Below, one piece after another: positions 30,967 to 38,052 of a DNA stretch of 39,787 nucleotides. The translations under genes were made by a program, and so were the position numbers. This DNA is from a virus. The notes below the pieces were generated by a model. That model searched no databases, was not told the DNA's origin, and saw nothing but the letters and a program-made list of their open reading frames with translations. Positions within the stretch are counted from its first letter, which is position 1; each line of letters starts with the position of its first letter. The stretch lies in the IMG/VR virus record IMGVR_UViG_3300012944_000017, positions 1 to 39,787 of that record. One strand, 5' to 3'.

Positions 30967-31109
30967 GGCGGCGCCTCCGAAAAGTGTGGTGAGCTTTTCG
31001 AGGGCCGGGTCCCTTGCGGGGGGCGCTCTAAGTGGGGGAGCCCACTTTACGCTGGAGCTTTGCTCCCATCAGCGGGGGGAAGGTCCTTCCCGGTTCCGCG
31101 TTCGTGGGG

Positions 31110-31310
31110 TCAGACGCTAGGCGGGCTCGGTGGCACTGTCAAGGGGCTGCGTCGCGCGCGGCCGGCGAAGTACGCCTCGAGCACCCGAAGATCATTCGCC
31201 GCATCACTCACCGCGTGCCAGTCCCTCATGGTCACGCGCTGCATCAGGTAGCGCACCAGGACCCGCCGCTCGTGATCGAGCTCGGCGGTGTCCAGGAGCG
31301 ATTCACTCAT
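31110..31310 (-). CDS. Hypothetical small protein (66 aa)
   Basis: Track ORF. It overlaps the upstream gene end by 8 nt. Confidence 0.4.
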   Translation of the reverse strand: MSESLLDTAELDHERRVLVRYLMQRVTMRDWHAVSDAANDLRVLEAYFAGRARRSPLTVPPSPPSV

Positions 31311-31968
31311 TGAGCGGCGGCGGTGCGGTGTTGATGCGCTCCAGGTACGGACCTGCCGGATGGTTCACCAGGTGGAACACGCCGGCCTCCGCGGCCACGA
31401 TAATTAGGCCATTCCACTCGCGAAAGCCGAGCACTTTACCGTAGGGGGTCAGGTCGGCAACGAAGCGCGCGCCGGCGGTGTCGCCGGCCGCCGCCGCGTC
31501 GTGCGGGTCCGGGCGGTATCTTGGATCGGTGCCGAGGAACTTCCCGCAGGCGAGACACTGGTACTCATCGTGGAGCCCGCTATACCTGGTCCGCAGGTGC
31601 GGGCAGCCCGCTACTTTGGGCACACCGCCTGGCGCTGGCACGGCTCCCTCTGGCACCCTCATGGGGTCCAGCATCGGCAGCACCACATCGCACTCTGCGC
31701 AGTGCCACATCAGATCGTCCTGCCGGAAATACCGGCGCAGGTGCGCGCACTTCGCACACCCTCGCTGCGCCGCATTGGCTTCCGCGCGCGTGTCGAATGC
31801 TGCGCGCAGTTCGCGCGGCTTGTGGGGTGGCCCATAAGAAAGTTTCGCGAACGCCCCGCAGCCCATGCACTGAAAGGTCTCCATATCCGGGCCTTCGCTG
31901 CTGTCAATGGGCCCGTGCCCGAGGGACTTAACGACGGTGTGCCCGCAACTGTTGACGCCCTCGCTCAC
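31303..31968 (-). CDS. Double zinc-ribbon protein (four CxxC pairs) between scaffold and capsid genes
   Basis: CMGC...CAKC and CAEC...CLAC. The start is either the GTG at 31968, overlapping the scaffold stop (GTGA), or the ATG at 31884. The N-terminal extension in the track (to 32040) overlaps the scaffold gene and is rejected. Confidence 0.55.
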   Translation of the reverse strand: MSEGVNSCGHTVVKSLGHGPIDSSEGPDMETFQCMGCGAFAKLSYGPPHKPRELRAAFDTRAEANAAQRGCAKCAHLRRYFRQDDLMWHCAECDVVLPMLDPMRVPEGAVPAPGGVPKVAGCPHLRTRYSGLHDEYQCLACGKFLGTDPRYRPDPHDAAAAGDTAGARFVADLTPYGKVLGFREWNGLIIVAAEAGVFHLVNHPAGPYLERINTAPPPLNE

Positions 31969-32972
31969 TGCTGCTGCGCGGCGCCCGCGGCTACGATCTT
32001 GCCGAGCTCCAGCACTTCCTTCTCGTACTTGTTGCGCCACTCAAAATCGCTGATCTTGTTCGCGGACCGATCGGCGGTGATCTGGTTGATGCGCGCCTGC
32101 GCCTGGCTCGCCGTATTACCAAAGCCCGAGGTCCCATCGCCGTTGTTCCCATCGCCGGCGAAGCGTGACTCGGCATTCCCCGCGCCAAAGGCGTGGAGCA
32201 TCTTCATGTAGCCAGGGGTGCCGAGCACGCGCTCCACTTCGCGCATCTGAGGCTCGGTGGCTCCGGTGCTTTTCATGACGAACGCCTCGCCGCGGTTGGC
32301 GAGCTGCGCGTTTTCCTTGTAGGAAGTGCCCCAGGTGCGCTGGAGCTCGGCCAGTCCCGCCTCGCTCTCGGCCTTATCACGGGCCTGGGCCGCGGCCACC
32401 GCTTTGGCGATCGCCCCGTCATAGCCCTTGGCAATTTGGGACGCCATGCGAGCGGGCACGCCCGCCTCGAACAGCACCTTGGAAATCTCCCCCTTGAACT
32501 CCGGGAAGTTCGGGTCCTGGGGGATGTCGTACTTATCAGCGCTCGCCGGCACGCCGATCTTCGCGTTGAACGCCGCGCGCCCCTCCGGGTCGGCCTTGAC
32601 GAGCTCCCCCTTGTCGTTGTACTCCTCGGCGGGAAGCGCGACTACGCGGCCGGCGCGCTCCGCTCCGATCATCCTTTCGTACCCGTGGGCCGAGCGCGCG
32701 AGGGTCTTGATGTCCGGGAAGTTCTTGTTCCCGACCCACTCGCGAATCTCTTTGTCGGCCGGGTCGGACCAGGCTTGCCAGAAAGGCTCGTTGGCGGCCG
32801 CGCCATTCCCAGCTCCACCAGTGCCTCCACCAGTCCCCGCTCCAGCACCAGCGCCCGTACCAGTGCCCGCGCCAGCGCCCGCACCGCCTTGGCCGCCCGC
32901 GCCTCCGCCGGCCCCACCAGCGCCACCTTCGGCGCCGCCCGCATTACCCGCCGCCGTCGCTGCTGTTGGCAT
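31965..32972 (-). CDS. Capsid scaffolding protein (335 aa) with N-terminal Gly/Ala low-complexity tract
   Basis: It lies upstream of the MCP. The body is helical and charged (KADPEGRAAFNAKIGVPASADKYDIP...) as in T7/BPP-1-type scaffolds. The first 60 or so aa are GAG/GTG repeats. Confidence 0.6.
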   Translation of the reverse strand: MPTAATAAGNAGGAEGGAGGAGGGAGGQGGAGAGAGTGTGAGAGAGTGGGTGGAGNGAAANEPFWQAWSDPADKEIREWVGNKNFPDIKTLARSAHGYERMIGAERAGRVVALPAEEYNDKGELVKADPEGRAAFNAKIGVPASADKYDIPQDPNFPEFKGEISKVLFEAGVPARMASQIAKGYDGAIAKAVAAAQARDKAESEAGLAELQRTWGTSYKENAQLANRGEAFVMKSTGATEPQMREVERVLGTPGYMKMLHAFGAGNAESRFAGDGNNGDGTSGFGNTASQAQARINQITADRSANKISDFEWRNKYEKEVLELGKIVAAGAAQQQ

Positions 32973-33267
32973 CTTTCGGTTCCTTCCATTCGATGAGGTC
33001 GTTGATCGCCTGCATTACATCACAGCGCCCGTGTTTGCGCGCGGTGCGGTAGATGTCGGTCTGCCCGACGTTGTCGGTTTCATTGATGAGCTTGCGCGTG
33101 CCACAGAATCGGTCGAGCTCGTCCAGGACAATGGCCCCATGTGGAGTACGGGCCCCAGGGGGCCCGAAGATTGCCAGAAAAGCATCACGCACCGAACGGA
33201 TACGCGCGAGCTGTCGGACGCGCTCGAGGGTGTTCTCCTCCCCGGCGGTGAGCTCACTGTCAGCCAC
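32944..33267 (-). CDS. Bbp19-like protein (107 aa)
   Basis: GAIVLDELDRFCGTRKLINETDNVGQTDIYRTARKHGRCDVMQAINDLI resembles the Bbp19 family pattern (VL.dL..FC........d.......egrR.V...I), recalled from memory. Its position upstream of the scaffold also matches my recollection of BPP-1. Confidence 0.45.
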   Translation of the reverse strand: MADSELTAGEENTLERVRQLARIRSVRDAFLAIFGPPGARTPHGAIVLDELDRFCGTRKLINETDNVGQTDIYRTARKHGRCDVMQAINDLIEWKEPKDANSSDGGG

Positions 33268-33604
33268 CGAGCTCGCTCTCGCTCACCCGCGGGACGGCCG
33301 CACTGCCGGTGGTTTGGTTGCCAGGCGTCGCCGCCAAGGCCGCCATGAGCTGCTCGGTCCTGGCTCCTTGACCTTTCTGGTACGGCATCCACTCGCACCA
33401 GGAAGTGCCCTCGACCGGCTTCTCATCGTCTTGGAGGAGCGTCACCTTCTGCACGCCGTAGGGCGGCCCAAACATCGAGAAGGCGCAGAGGTTAACGTGG
33501 CGTGCGTCGTGCACGAACGTTACGATCGCCGCGAGCGGGGGAGCGTCCAGCGCGGCCCAGCTCTCGTGGTACCACACCACGCGCCCGGCAGTGGGTTCGA
33601 TCAT
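33260..33604 (-). CDS. Hypothetical protein (114 aa), possible SH3-like small beta-barrel
   Basis: GRVVWYHE......LAAIVTFVHDARHVNLCAFSMFG...VQKV is a pattern common in small phage proteins of unknown function. Confidence 0.5.
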   Translation of the reverse strand: MIEPTAGRVVWYHESWAALDAPPLAAIVTFVHDARHVNLCAFSMFGPPYGVQKVTLLQDDEKPVEGTSWCEWMPYQKGQGARTEQLMAALAATPGNQTTGSAAVPRVSESELGG

Positions 33605-33819
33605 GAGACCACCTGCCAGTCATCGGCCAGGAGGTCCGTCTGCGAAGCGACCCAGGGCACGAGCTCCCCGCCCACCGGGTACATGTAGAGGTAGGGCCGG
33701 CGCATCTTGCTGTTTTCATCCGGCGTCTGGAGCGCCACGTACATGCCGACGCCGTTCCAGCCCGAGCGCGAAATCTTGGCCCCGTGGCGGACCACCTCGA
33801 GTGCATCTGAAAAATCCAT
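33601..33819 (-). CDS. tad2: DUF2829 family protein, Tad2-like (Thoeris anti-defence 2 candidate, 72 aa)
   Basis: MDFSDALEVVRHGAKISRSGWNGVGMYVALQTPDENSKMRRPYLYMYPVGGELVPWVASQTDLLADDWQVV fits the DUF2829 consensus almost residue for residue (M.F.eAl.al..GkkvaR.gWng.gm.i.lq......m..pyiym.......vpW.asq.DlLAeDW.iv). The start is set at the ATG at 33819, behind GGAGGGGG. Confidence 0.8.
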   Translation of the reverse strand: MDFSDALEVVRHGAKISRSGWNGVGMYVALQTPDENSKMRRPYLYMYPVGGELVPWVASQTDLLADDWQVVS

Positions 33820-33826
33820 GGCATCC

Positions 33827-33851
33827 CCCTCCAGTTGTTGAACGCGGAGGG
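33827..33851 (-). promoter_or_regulatory. Hairpin pairing the Tad2-like gene's Shine-Dalgarno (GGAGGG) with an upstream CCCUCC
   Basis: On the plus strand, ccctcc (33827-33832) and ggaggg (33846-33851) are separated by 13 nt. In the minus-strand RNA this reads CCCUCC-13 nt-GGAGGGGGAUGCC-AUG. Confidence 0.35.
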
Positions 33852-33883
33852 TACAGCGCAATCACACCCGCTGGCAACTCCTG

Positions 33884-34234
33884 TTAGGCGCCCATGCTTG
33901 CCTTGAGGGTGGCGACGAGCTCGCCGATCGCCGTGCAGAGCTTATCCAGGCCCGCGATCACCTTCCGATCGGTCTCCATATCCGAGCGCAGCGCGGTGAG
34001 GAGCTGATCCATGACCTTGCGCTCGAACCCGTCCTGGAACGCGGCGTGCGCGCCCTTGACCATGCCGGCGATCGCCTCGGGCCCCATCTGCTCGGCCATG
34101 TCGTGAAACTGCCGGTCGTGCTCGTCGAGGCGGTGGTGCGCCTCCTCATCCACCGGCGCAGCACCCGCTCGCGAGGCCGGTGCTGCGCCGGGCTTCCCGG
34201 CTCCGTTCGCGCTCACCGAGGTATCCTTGGGCAC
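33884..34234 (-). CDS. Hypothetical helical protein (116 aa)
   Basis: Track ORF. Its start abuts the stop of the FN3-like gene. Confidence 0.5.
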   Translation of the reverse strand: MPKDTSVSANGAGKPGAAPASRAGAAPVDEEAHHRLDEHDRQFHDMAEQMGPEAIAGMVKGAHAAFQDGFERKVMDQLLTALRSDMETDRKVIAGLDKLCTAIGELVATLKASMGA

Positions 34235-34588
34235 CTACGGCCCCACGTTCGGGAATGGAAAGGGCCGGCGCATCGGGGTCACCAGGTTGGTGCTGGTGGG
34301 GCTCGCCGTGAACACCCGCTCGGCGCTCACCGCCCGCTCCACACCGCCCTGCACGACCGCCACGCGGACGGTGTACTGGCCTGGCGGGGTGATCGCGCTC
34401 CCGTTGTAGCTCGAGCCGTGGAGCCCCGTGATGATCGCCTTTCGGACGGCCACATTCACATTGAGCACATCGTTCACGTACACGTTGTAGCTGTCGGGGG
34501 CGGCGCCGGGGAAAGGCGGCCACTCCACGAGTGCCGTGCCGTTGAGGTTGTCGTAAATGTCGATGCGCCCGCAGCTCGAGTTCGCCAC
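34235..34588 (-). CDS. Fibronectin-III/Ig-like domain protein (117 aa)
   Basis: ALVEWPPFPGAAPDSYNVYVNDVL.....ITGL......YTVRVAVVQGGVE shows FN3-like strand spacing (W...Y.vyv.......tgL....Y.v.V.Av). Confidence 0.5.
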   Translation of the reverse strand: MANSSCGRIDIYDNLNGTALVEWPPFPGAAPDSYNVYVNDVLNVNVAVRKAIITGLHGSSYNGSAITPPGQYTVRVAVVQGGVERAVSAERVFTASPTSTNLVTPMRRPFPFPNVGP

Positions 34589-34591
34589 AGC

Positions 34592-36268
34592 CTACGCTCC
34601 TTGCGGAATGGTGGGAGCGCCAGGCCCCGTCCCCTGCCCGCCGGCAATCTGCGCGGCCTTGGCAAGACTCAGCGCGCTCGTGGACACGCTCGGGGCCGCG
34701 GCGAGCGCCGCGGTCTCCTGCTGCTGCTTCGCGGCCTGCTCCATGAGCGCCTGAATCTGCTCCTCGGTGCGCAGGAGCTTGGGCGGCGTGCCGCGGATCA
34801 TCGACATGGCGCGCGCCGCGTCGTGGAAATCCATGATGTATTTCACGCTCGGGTCGATCTGCGCCATGACCCCGAGGTCCTGCACGGTGTTCATGATCGC
34901 AGTCCCCTCCTCCGCGCGCTGCGCTCGGGCCAGGGGGCTCGTGTATTCAATCCGCATCCCGCGCTTGGAGCGCATCAGCGCCTCCGGCGGGGGCGGCAAC
35001 ACCCGCGCTTCACTTAAGAGGTCAATCTCTCTGTGGACTTGCGGCCCCAAAAACTCGGTCTGCTGCCGACCCATTTCCGGGGCGAGGAGCTCGCCCTTCT
35101 CCTGGGCGTGGATGAGGGCTTGGGTCGCGGTGATGGGCTCGCCGTTCCGGGTCGCGTCCACCAAAATCTGAAACAGCGTGTTGAGGAACGTGTCCTTGAT
35201 CGCACCGCGGGTGTCGGTGAGCATGTCCTTTTCGATCTGCCAGTTCCCCTTGCTCTCGAACGGCATGGCGAGTGGCTTCCCATCGCTCGTCATCATGCCG
35301 TAGTTATTGGCGCCGGGGCGCTGGTTGAAGTTGGTCAGCACCCCATCCTCGGCCAGGAGGATGGGCGGGTCGACCGCCTTCTGGCCCATGCGGAGCGCGG
35401 TCTTGACCATTTCATTGGCGGTGCGGATGTCGGGGAGGCACGTGGTGGCTGGCCCTCGGCCGTAGCTCTCGCGCGGTGCCACGCGGTAGCGCCCGATCGC
35501 GCAGGGGAAAGTGCGGTAGCCACCGCACTCGATCACCGATTGGTCGCCCAGGAATACGTACCAGCTCTCAAAGGCCATGCCCTTGGGGCCATAGCCGCCG
35601 GCCACCTGGTGGTAGTTGGGACGGATGCAGTGCAGGTACTCGGCTTCCGTGTACGGCGCGCTCTCGAAGGTGCGCTGGATGCCCAAGGGGATATTGGCCT
35701 TGCCCTTCCAGTGCTGGATCGCCTGCTTGGCGGTGTAGCGGAACTTGCGGTACACCGTGTCGACCATACCCTGGTGGTTCACCGCCCAGCACAATTCGGA
35801 GAGCGGCCAGGCGCGATACCGGAGGTTCCCTTTGCGGAGGTCATCGTCGATAAAGAGCACGTTGTTGCCAAACGCGCCGAGTGAGAGGTAGCACACATCG
35901 GTCTGCGCCGCGTAGCCCGCCTCGGGGTGGTAGCGGGCGGCAAAGAGAATCTTGTTGACCGCATCCAGGTACTTTTGCACCGTCGGGTCGTCCTCGAGCT
36001 CCTCATCGTCGGGCTTGAGCTTGTGCCACACCTGGCTCGAGGGGGTGAGCATCGCGGTCATGGCCGCGGCGAAGCGTTGGTTGGCAATCACGCCGGTGGA
36101 ATCGAAGATGCGGGTGTTGCGATTGACCCCTTCGGCGAACTCGCCAATAAAGTTGTCGTTCGCGGGCATCACGAACTGCGCGGCGGTGTTCCAGAGGTTG
36201 CGGAAGTTGCTTTGCTTCTGCCACAGCGCCTGGTAGTCGCTGATCAGGCTCTTGGCATCATCGCTCAC
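34592..36268 (-). CDS. Portal (head-to-tail connector) protein, podovirus type (558 aa)
   Basis: Assigned by size and by position between the terminase and scaffold regions. The N-terminus DYQALWQKQSNFRNLWNTAAQFVMP and its general similarity to T7 gp8-class connectors support the call. Confidence 0.75.
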   Translation of the reverse strand: MSDDAKSLISDYQALWQKQSNFRNLWNTAAQFVMPANDNFIGEFAEGVNRNTRIFDSTGVIANQRFAAAMTAMLTPSSQVWHKLKPDDEELEDDPTVQKYLDAVNKILFAARYHPEAGYAAQTDVCYLSLGAFGNNVLFIDDDLRKGNLRYRAWPLSELCWAVNHQGMVDTVYRKFRYTAKQAIQHWKGKANIPLGIQRTFESAPYTEAEYLHCIRPNYHQVAGGYGPKGMAFESWYVFLGDQSVIECGGYRTFPCAIGRYRVAPRESYGRGPATTCLPDIRTANEMVKTALRMGQKAVDPPILLAEDGVLTNFNQRPGANNYGMMTSDGKPLAMPFESKGNWQIEKDMLTDTRGAIKDTFLNTLFQILVDATRNGEPITATQALIHAQEKGELLAPEMGRQQTEFLGPQVHREIDLLSEARVLPPPPEALMRSKRGMRIEYTSPLARAQRAEEGTAIMNTVQDLGVMAQIDPSVKYIMDFHDAARAMSMIRGTPPKLLRTEEQIQALMEQAAKQQQETAALAAAPSVSTSALSLAKAAQIAGGQGTGPGAPTIPQGA

Positions 36269-36480
36269 AGCGTCCTCGGATGCGCCAGCAGGTCGCGCAA
36301 CGCCACATACTCGGGCCGGTACATCACGCCAGGCTGCTCCGGGTTCTGGTAGCGACAGCGCGCGCGATCGCGCTGCACGAACAAAATCTTATACACCCGC
36401 CGCGGCTCGGAGCGCGTCTGCACCAGATCGCCGGCACGGAAGGGCTCGTGCAGATCGAGGCGCTCGGTGAGCGCGATCAC
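36265..36480 (-). CDS. Hypothetical small protein (71 aa)
   Basis: Track ORF with 4-nt overlaps on both sides. Confidence 0.45.
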   Translation of the reverse strand: MIALTERLDLHEPFRAGDLVQTRSEPRRVYKILFVQRDRARCRYQNPEQPGVMYRPEYVALRDLLAHPRTL

Positions 36481-36755
36481 TGCAACACGTCCTGGGCGCG
36501 CCTAATCTCCAGTCCAAAGATGGTGAAGTGCTCCAGCACCAGCCAGGGGTCGTGGCGGCGCTTGGCTTCCTCGATGTCGATTTCCAGTTGCTCGTGGTTG
36601 CCAAAGTGCCCCAGCTCGCCGGCTTTCAACGGGTCCAGCAAATCGAGGGCCTCCGCGTCGGTGAGGGTGAGGGCGAACTCGTTGAGCGGTGCGCCCTGGC
36701 TCATCACAAAGGTATGCAGGCTCCGCGCCTTCTCCACCGCCGCGCTCATGCTCAT
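36477..36755 (-). CDS. Hypothetical acidic protein (92 aa)
   Basis: Track ORF with 4-nt overlaps on both sides. Confidence 0.45.
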   Translation of the reverse strand: MSMSAAVEKARSLHTFVMSQGAPLNEFALTLTDAEALDLLDPLKAGELGHFGNHEQLEIDIEEAKRRHDPWLVLEHFTIFGLEIRRAQDVLQ

Positions 36756-37000
36756 ATCCCGAGCTGGGTTTTACCGGTCGCCGGCGGCTGGCCGCTCGCC
36801 CCGCCGTAGATGTTGGAGAGGAACCCGCGCCGTGCGCGCAGCGCATCGGACTGCTGCTGGGCGGCGTTCGCCGCATCGTTCACGTTGGGCACGCCAGGGA
36901 GCGGCGGTGGACCGGGGCGGCCGGCGTTCATCACCGAGTGGGCCGCGCTCGCGCCAGGATCGAGGCGGCGCATCCAGCGTGGCGGATCAAGAAAGCTCAT
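36752..37000 (-). CDS. Hypothetical protein (82 aa), Pro/Gly-rich, ends ...GKTQLGI
   Basis: Track ORF 36752-37066 trimmed to the ATG at 37000, behind GAGGTGA. Confidence 0.45.
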   Translation of the reverse strand: MSFLDPPRWMRRLDPGASAAHSVMNAGRPGPPPLPGVPNVNDAANAAQQQSDALRARRGFLSNIYGGASGQPPATGKTQLGI

Positions 37001-37006
37001 CGCTGG

Positions 37007-37033
37007 CTCACCTCGGTGGGGGCGGGAGGTGAG
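37007..37033 (-). promoter_or_regulatory. 8-bp stem hairpin (ctcacctc / gaggtgag) that includes the SD of the 36752-37000 gene
   Basis: Inverted repeat read directly, with an 11-nt loop. Confidence 0.35.
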
Positions 37034-37062
37034 GACGATCCTGCGGGGCGCCCCCGGCACAG

Positions 37063-37326
37063 TCAAGGCTTCGCCGGTTCCGCTCGCTTCGCCTCGAGGC
37101 GATACCCGCGATACAGGCAGTGCGCCGGCACTGGGTGGGGCCCGTGCGGGATCGGATAGCCCAGCGCCGTGAGCATCTGCTTCGGTGACATCTGAAGCGG
37201 GATCGGCGTCGTGGACCAGGGCTGGAAGTGCCGGCGCCTATCGATGAGTATGTCGATGCGCCGGCGGTGGAAATACGGGTTCTCCGGCTCGCTCGCCTCC
37301 TGTTCCCACTGTCGCTCCTCGCTCAC
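37063..37326 (-). CDS. Hypothetical protein (87 aa)
   Basis: Track ORF with an ATGA-type overlap with the upstream wHTH gene. Confidence 0.45.
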   Translation of the reverse strand: MSEERQWEQEASEPENPYFHRRRIDILIDRRRHFQPWSTTPIPLQMSPKQMLTALGYPIPHGPHPVPAHCLYRGYRLEAKRAEPAKP

Positions 37327-37529
37327 GCGCGCACCGTGTAGAGCCAGGGCTGGCGCCCGCGGGTGTCCAATCGCATGAGCTTTCGATCGAGCACGCCCAC
37401 ATCGAGGGCTAGGTGCCGCAAGATCGCCGAGCAGTGCTTGCGTGGGAGACCCGTGACCGCGGCCACCTCAACCGATGTGCTCGCCCCCTCGGCCACCACC
37501 TCGAGCACCGCCAGGCGCTGCCCGGTCAT
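37323..37529 (-). CDS. Winged-helix (MarR/ArsR-like) DNA-binding protein (68 aa)
   Basis: RLAVLEVVAEGASTSVEVAAVTGLPRKHCSAILRHLALDVGVLDRK...WLYTV follows the typical wHTH layout. Confidence 0.55.
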   Translation of the reverse strand: MTGQRLAVLEVVAEGASTSVEVAAVTGLPRKHCSAILRHLALDVGVLDRKLMRLDTRGRQPWLYTVRA

Positions 37530-37642
37530 GTGAGCACCAGCTCGAAGCGCGGCGGTGGATCATCGACGATCCAGAAGCGGAGCCAGGAGCGCCGCCGGCG
37601 CGCAAAGCGCCCGCGCTCGTCGCGGATGTTATGCCTCGCCAT
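37526..37642 (-). CDS. 38-aa basic peptide (MARHNIRDERGRFARRRRSWLRFWIVDDPPPRFELVLT)
   Basis: My own translation; below the track cutoff. Its stop overlaps the wHTH start (ATGA) and its start overlaps the upstream gene by 14 nt. Confidence 0.3.
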   Translation of the reverse strand: MARHNIRDERGRFARRRRSWLRFWIVDDPPPRFELVLT

Positions 37643-37913
37643 GGACCCAATCCGTCACGCGACGCACGATGCGCCGCCAGAGCGCCGGCTTGTGCCGGTA
37701 CATCGGATGCGCGTGGTTCATGCCGCCACAGGCCACACACAGCTCGCGGAAGTTTTCGGTGTAGACGTGGGCGGCAAACAGGCGCAGGCACTTGCTGCAC
37801 CGCGCGTGCGTAAAATAGCGGGTGTTGGCTACCCTCCTGGTCCCCTCGATCAACTGCGGTCTCTCCCAGCCGTCAAGCCGTTCTGAAGTGCTACTGCCTC
37901 CAGGCTTTCTCAT
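37629..37913 (-). CDS. Zinc-ribbon protein (94 aa)
   Basis: Track ORF 37629-38006 trimmed to the ATG at 37913. The four-Cys site is CSKC...(19)...CVAC. No obvious SD. Confidence 0.45.
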   Translation of the reverse strand: MRKPGGSSTSERLDGWERPQLIEGTRRVANTRYFTHARCSKCLRLFAAHVYTENFRELCVACGGMNHAHPMYRHKPALWRRIVRRVTDWVHGEA

Positions 37914-38052
37914 GGCGCGATTACCAGAACACTCTTTGGGGCCGTGCCTTCCCGCGCGTTGCGGCCATCCGAATGCGTCGACTCCGTCGGGCCCACTACC
38001 GTGCACGGTGGGCGGACCTCCAAGGGCCGAGGCTACGCGGTCGGAAAATTCC

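Noticed and set aside
31969-32040. N-terminal extension of the zinc-ribbon ORF (track start 32040)
   Set aside because: It overlaps the 3' end of the scaffold gene. A GTG exactly overlapping the scaffold stop (GTGA), or the ATG at 31884, is a more plausible start.
37998-38013. The palindrome accgtgcacggt after terL as a rho-independent terminator
   Set aside because: The perfect palindrome leaves no loop, the alternative stems are short and there is no U-tract. It is recorded only as a possible protein-binding site within a finding.
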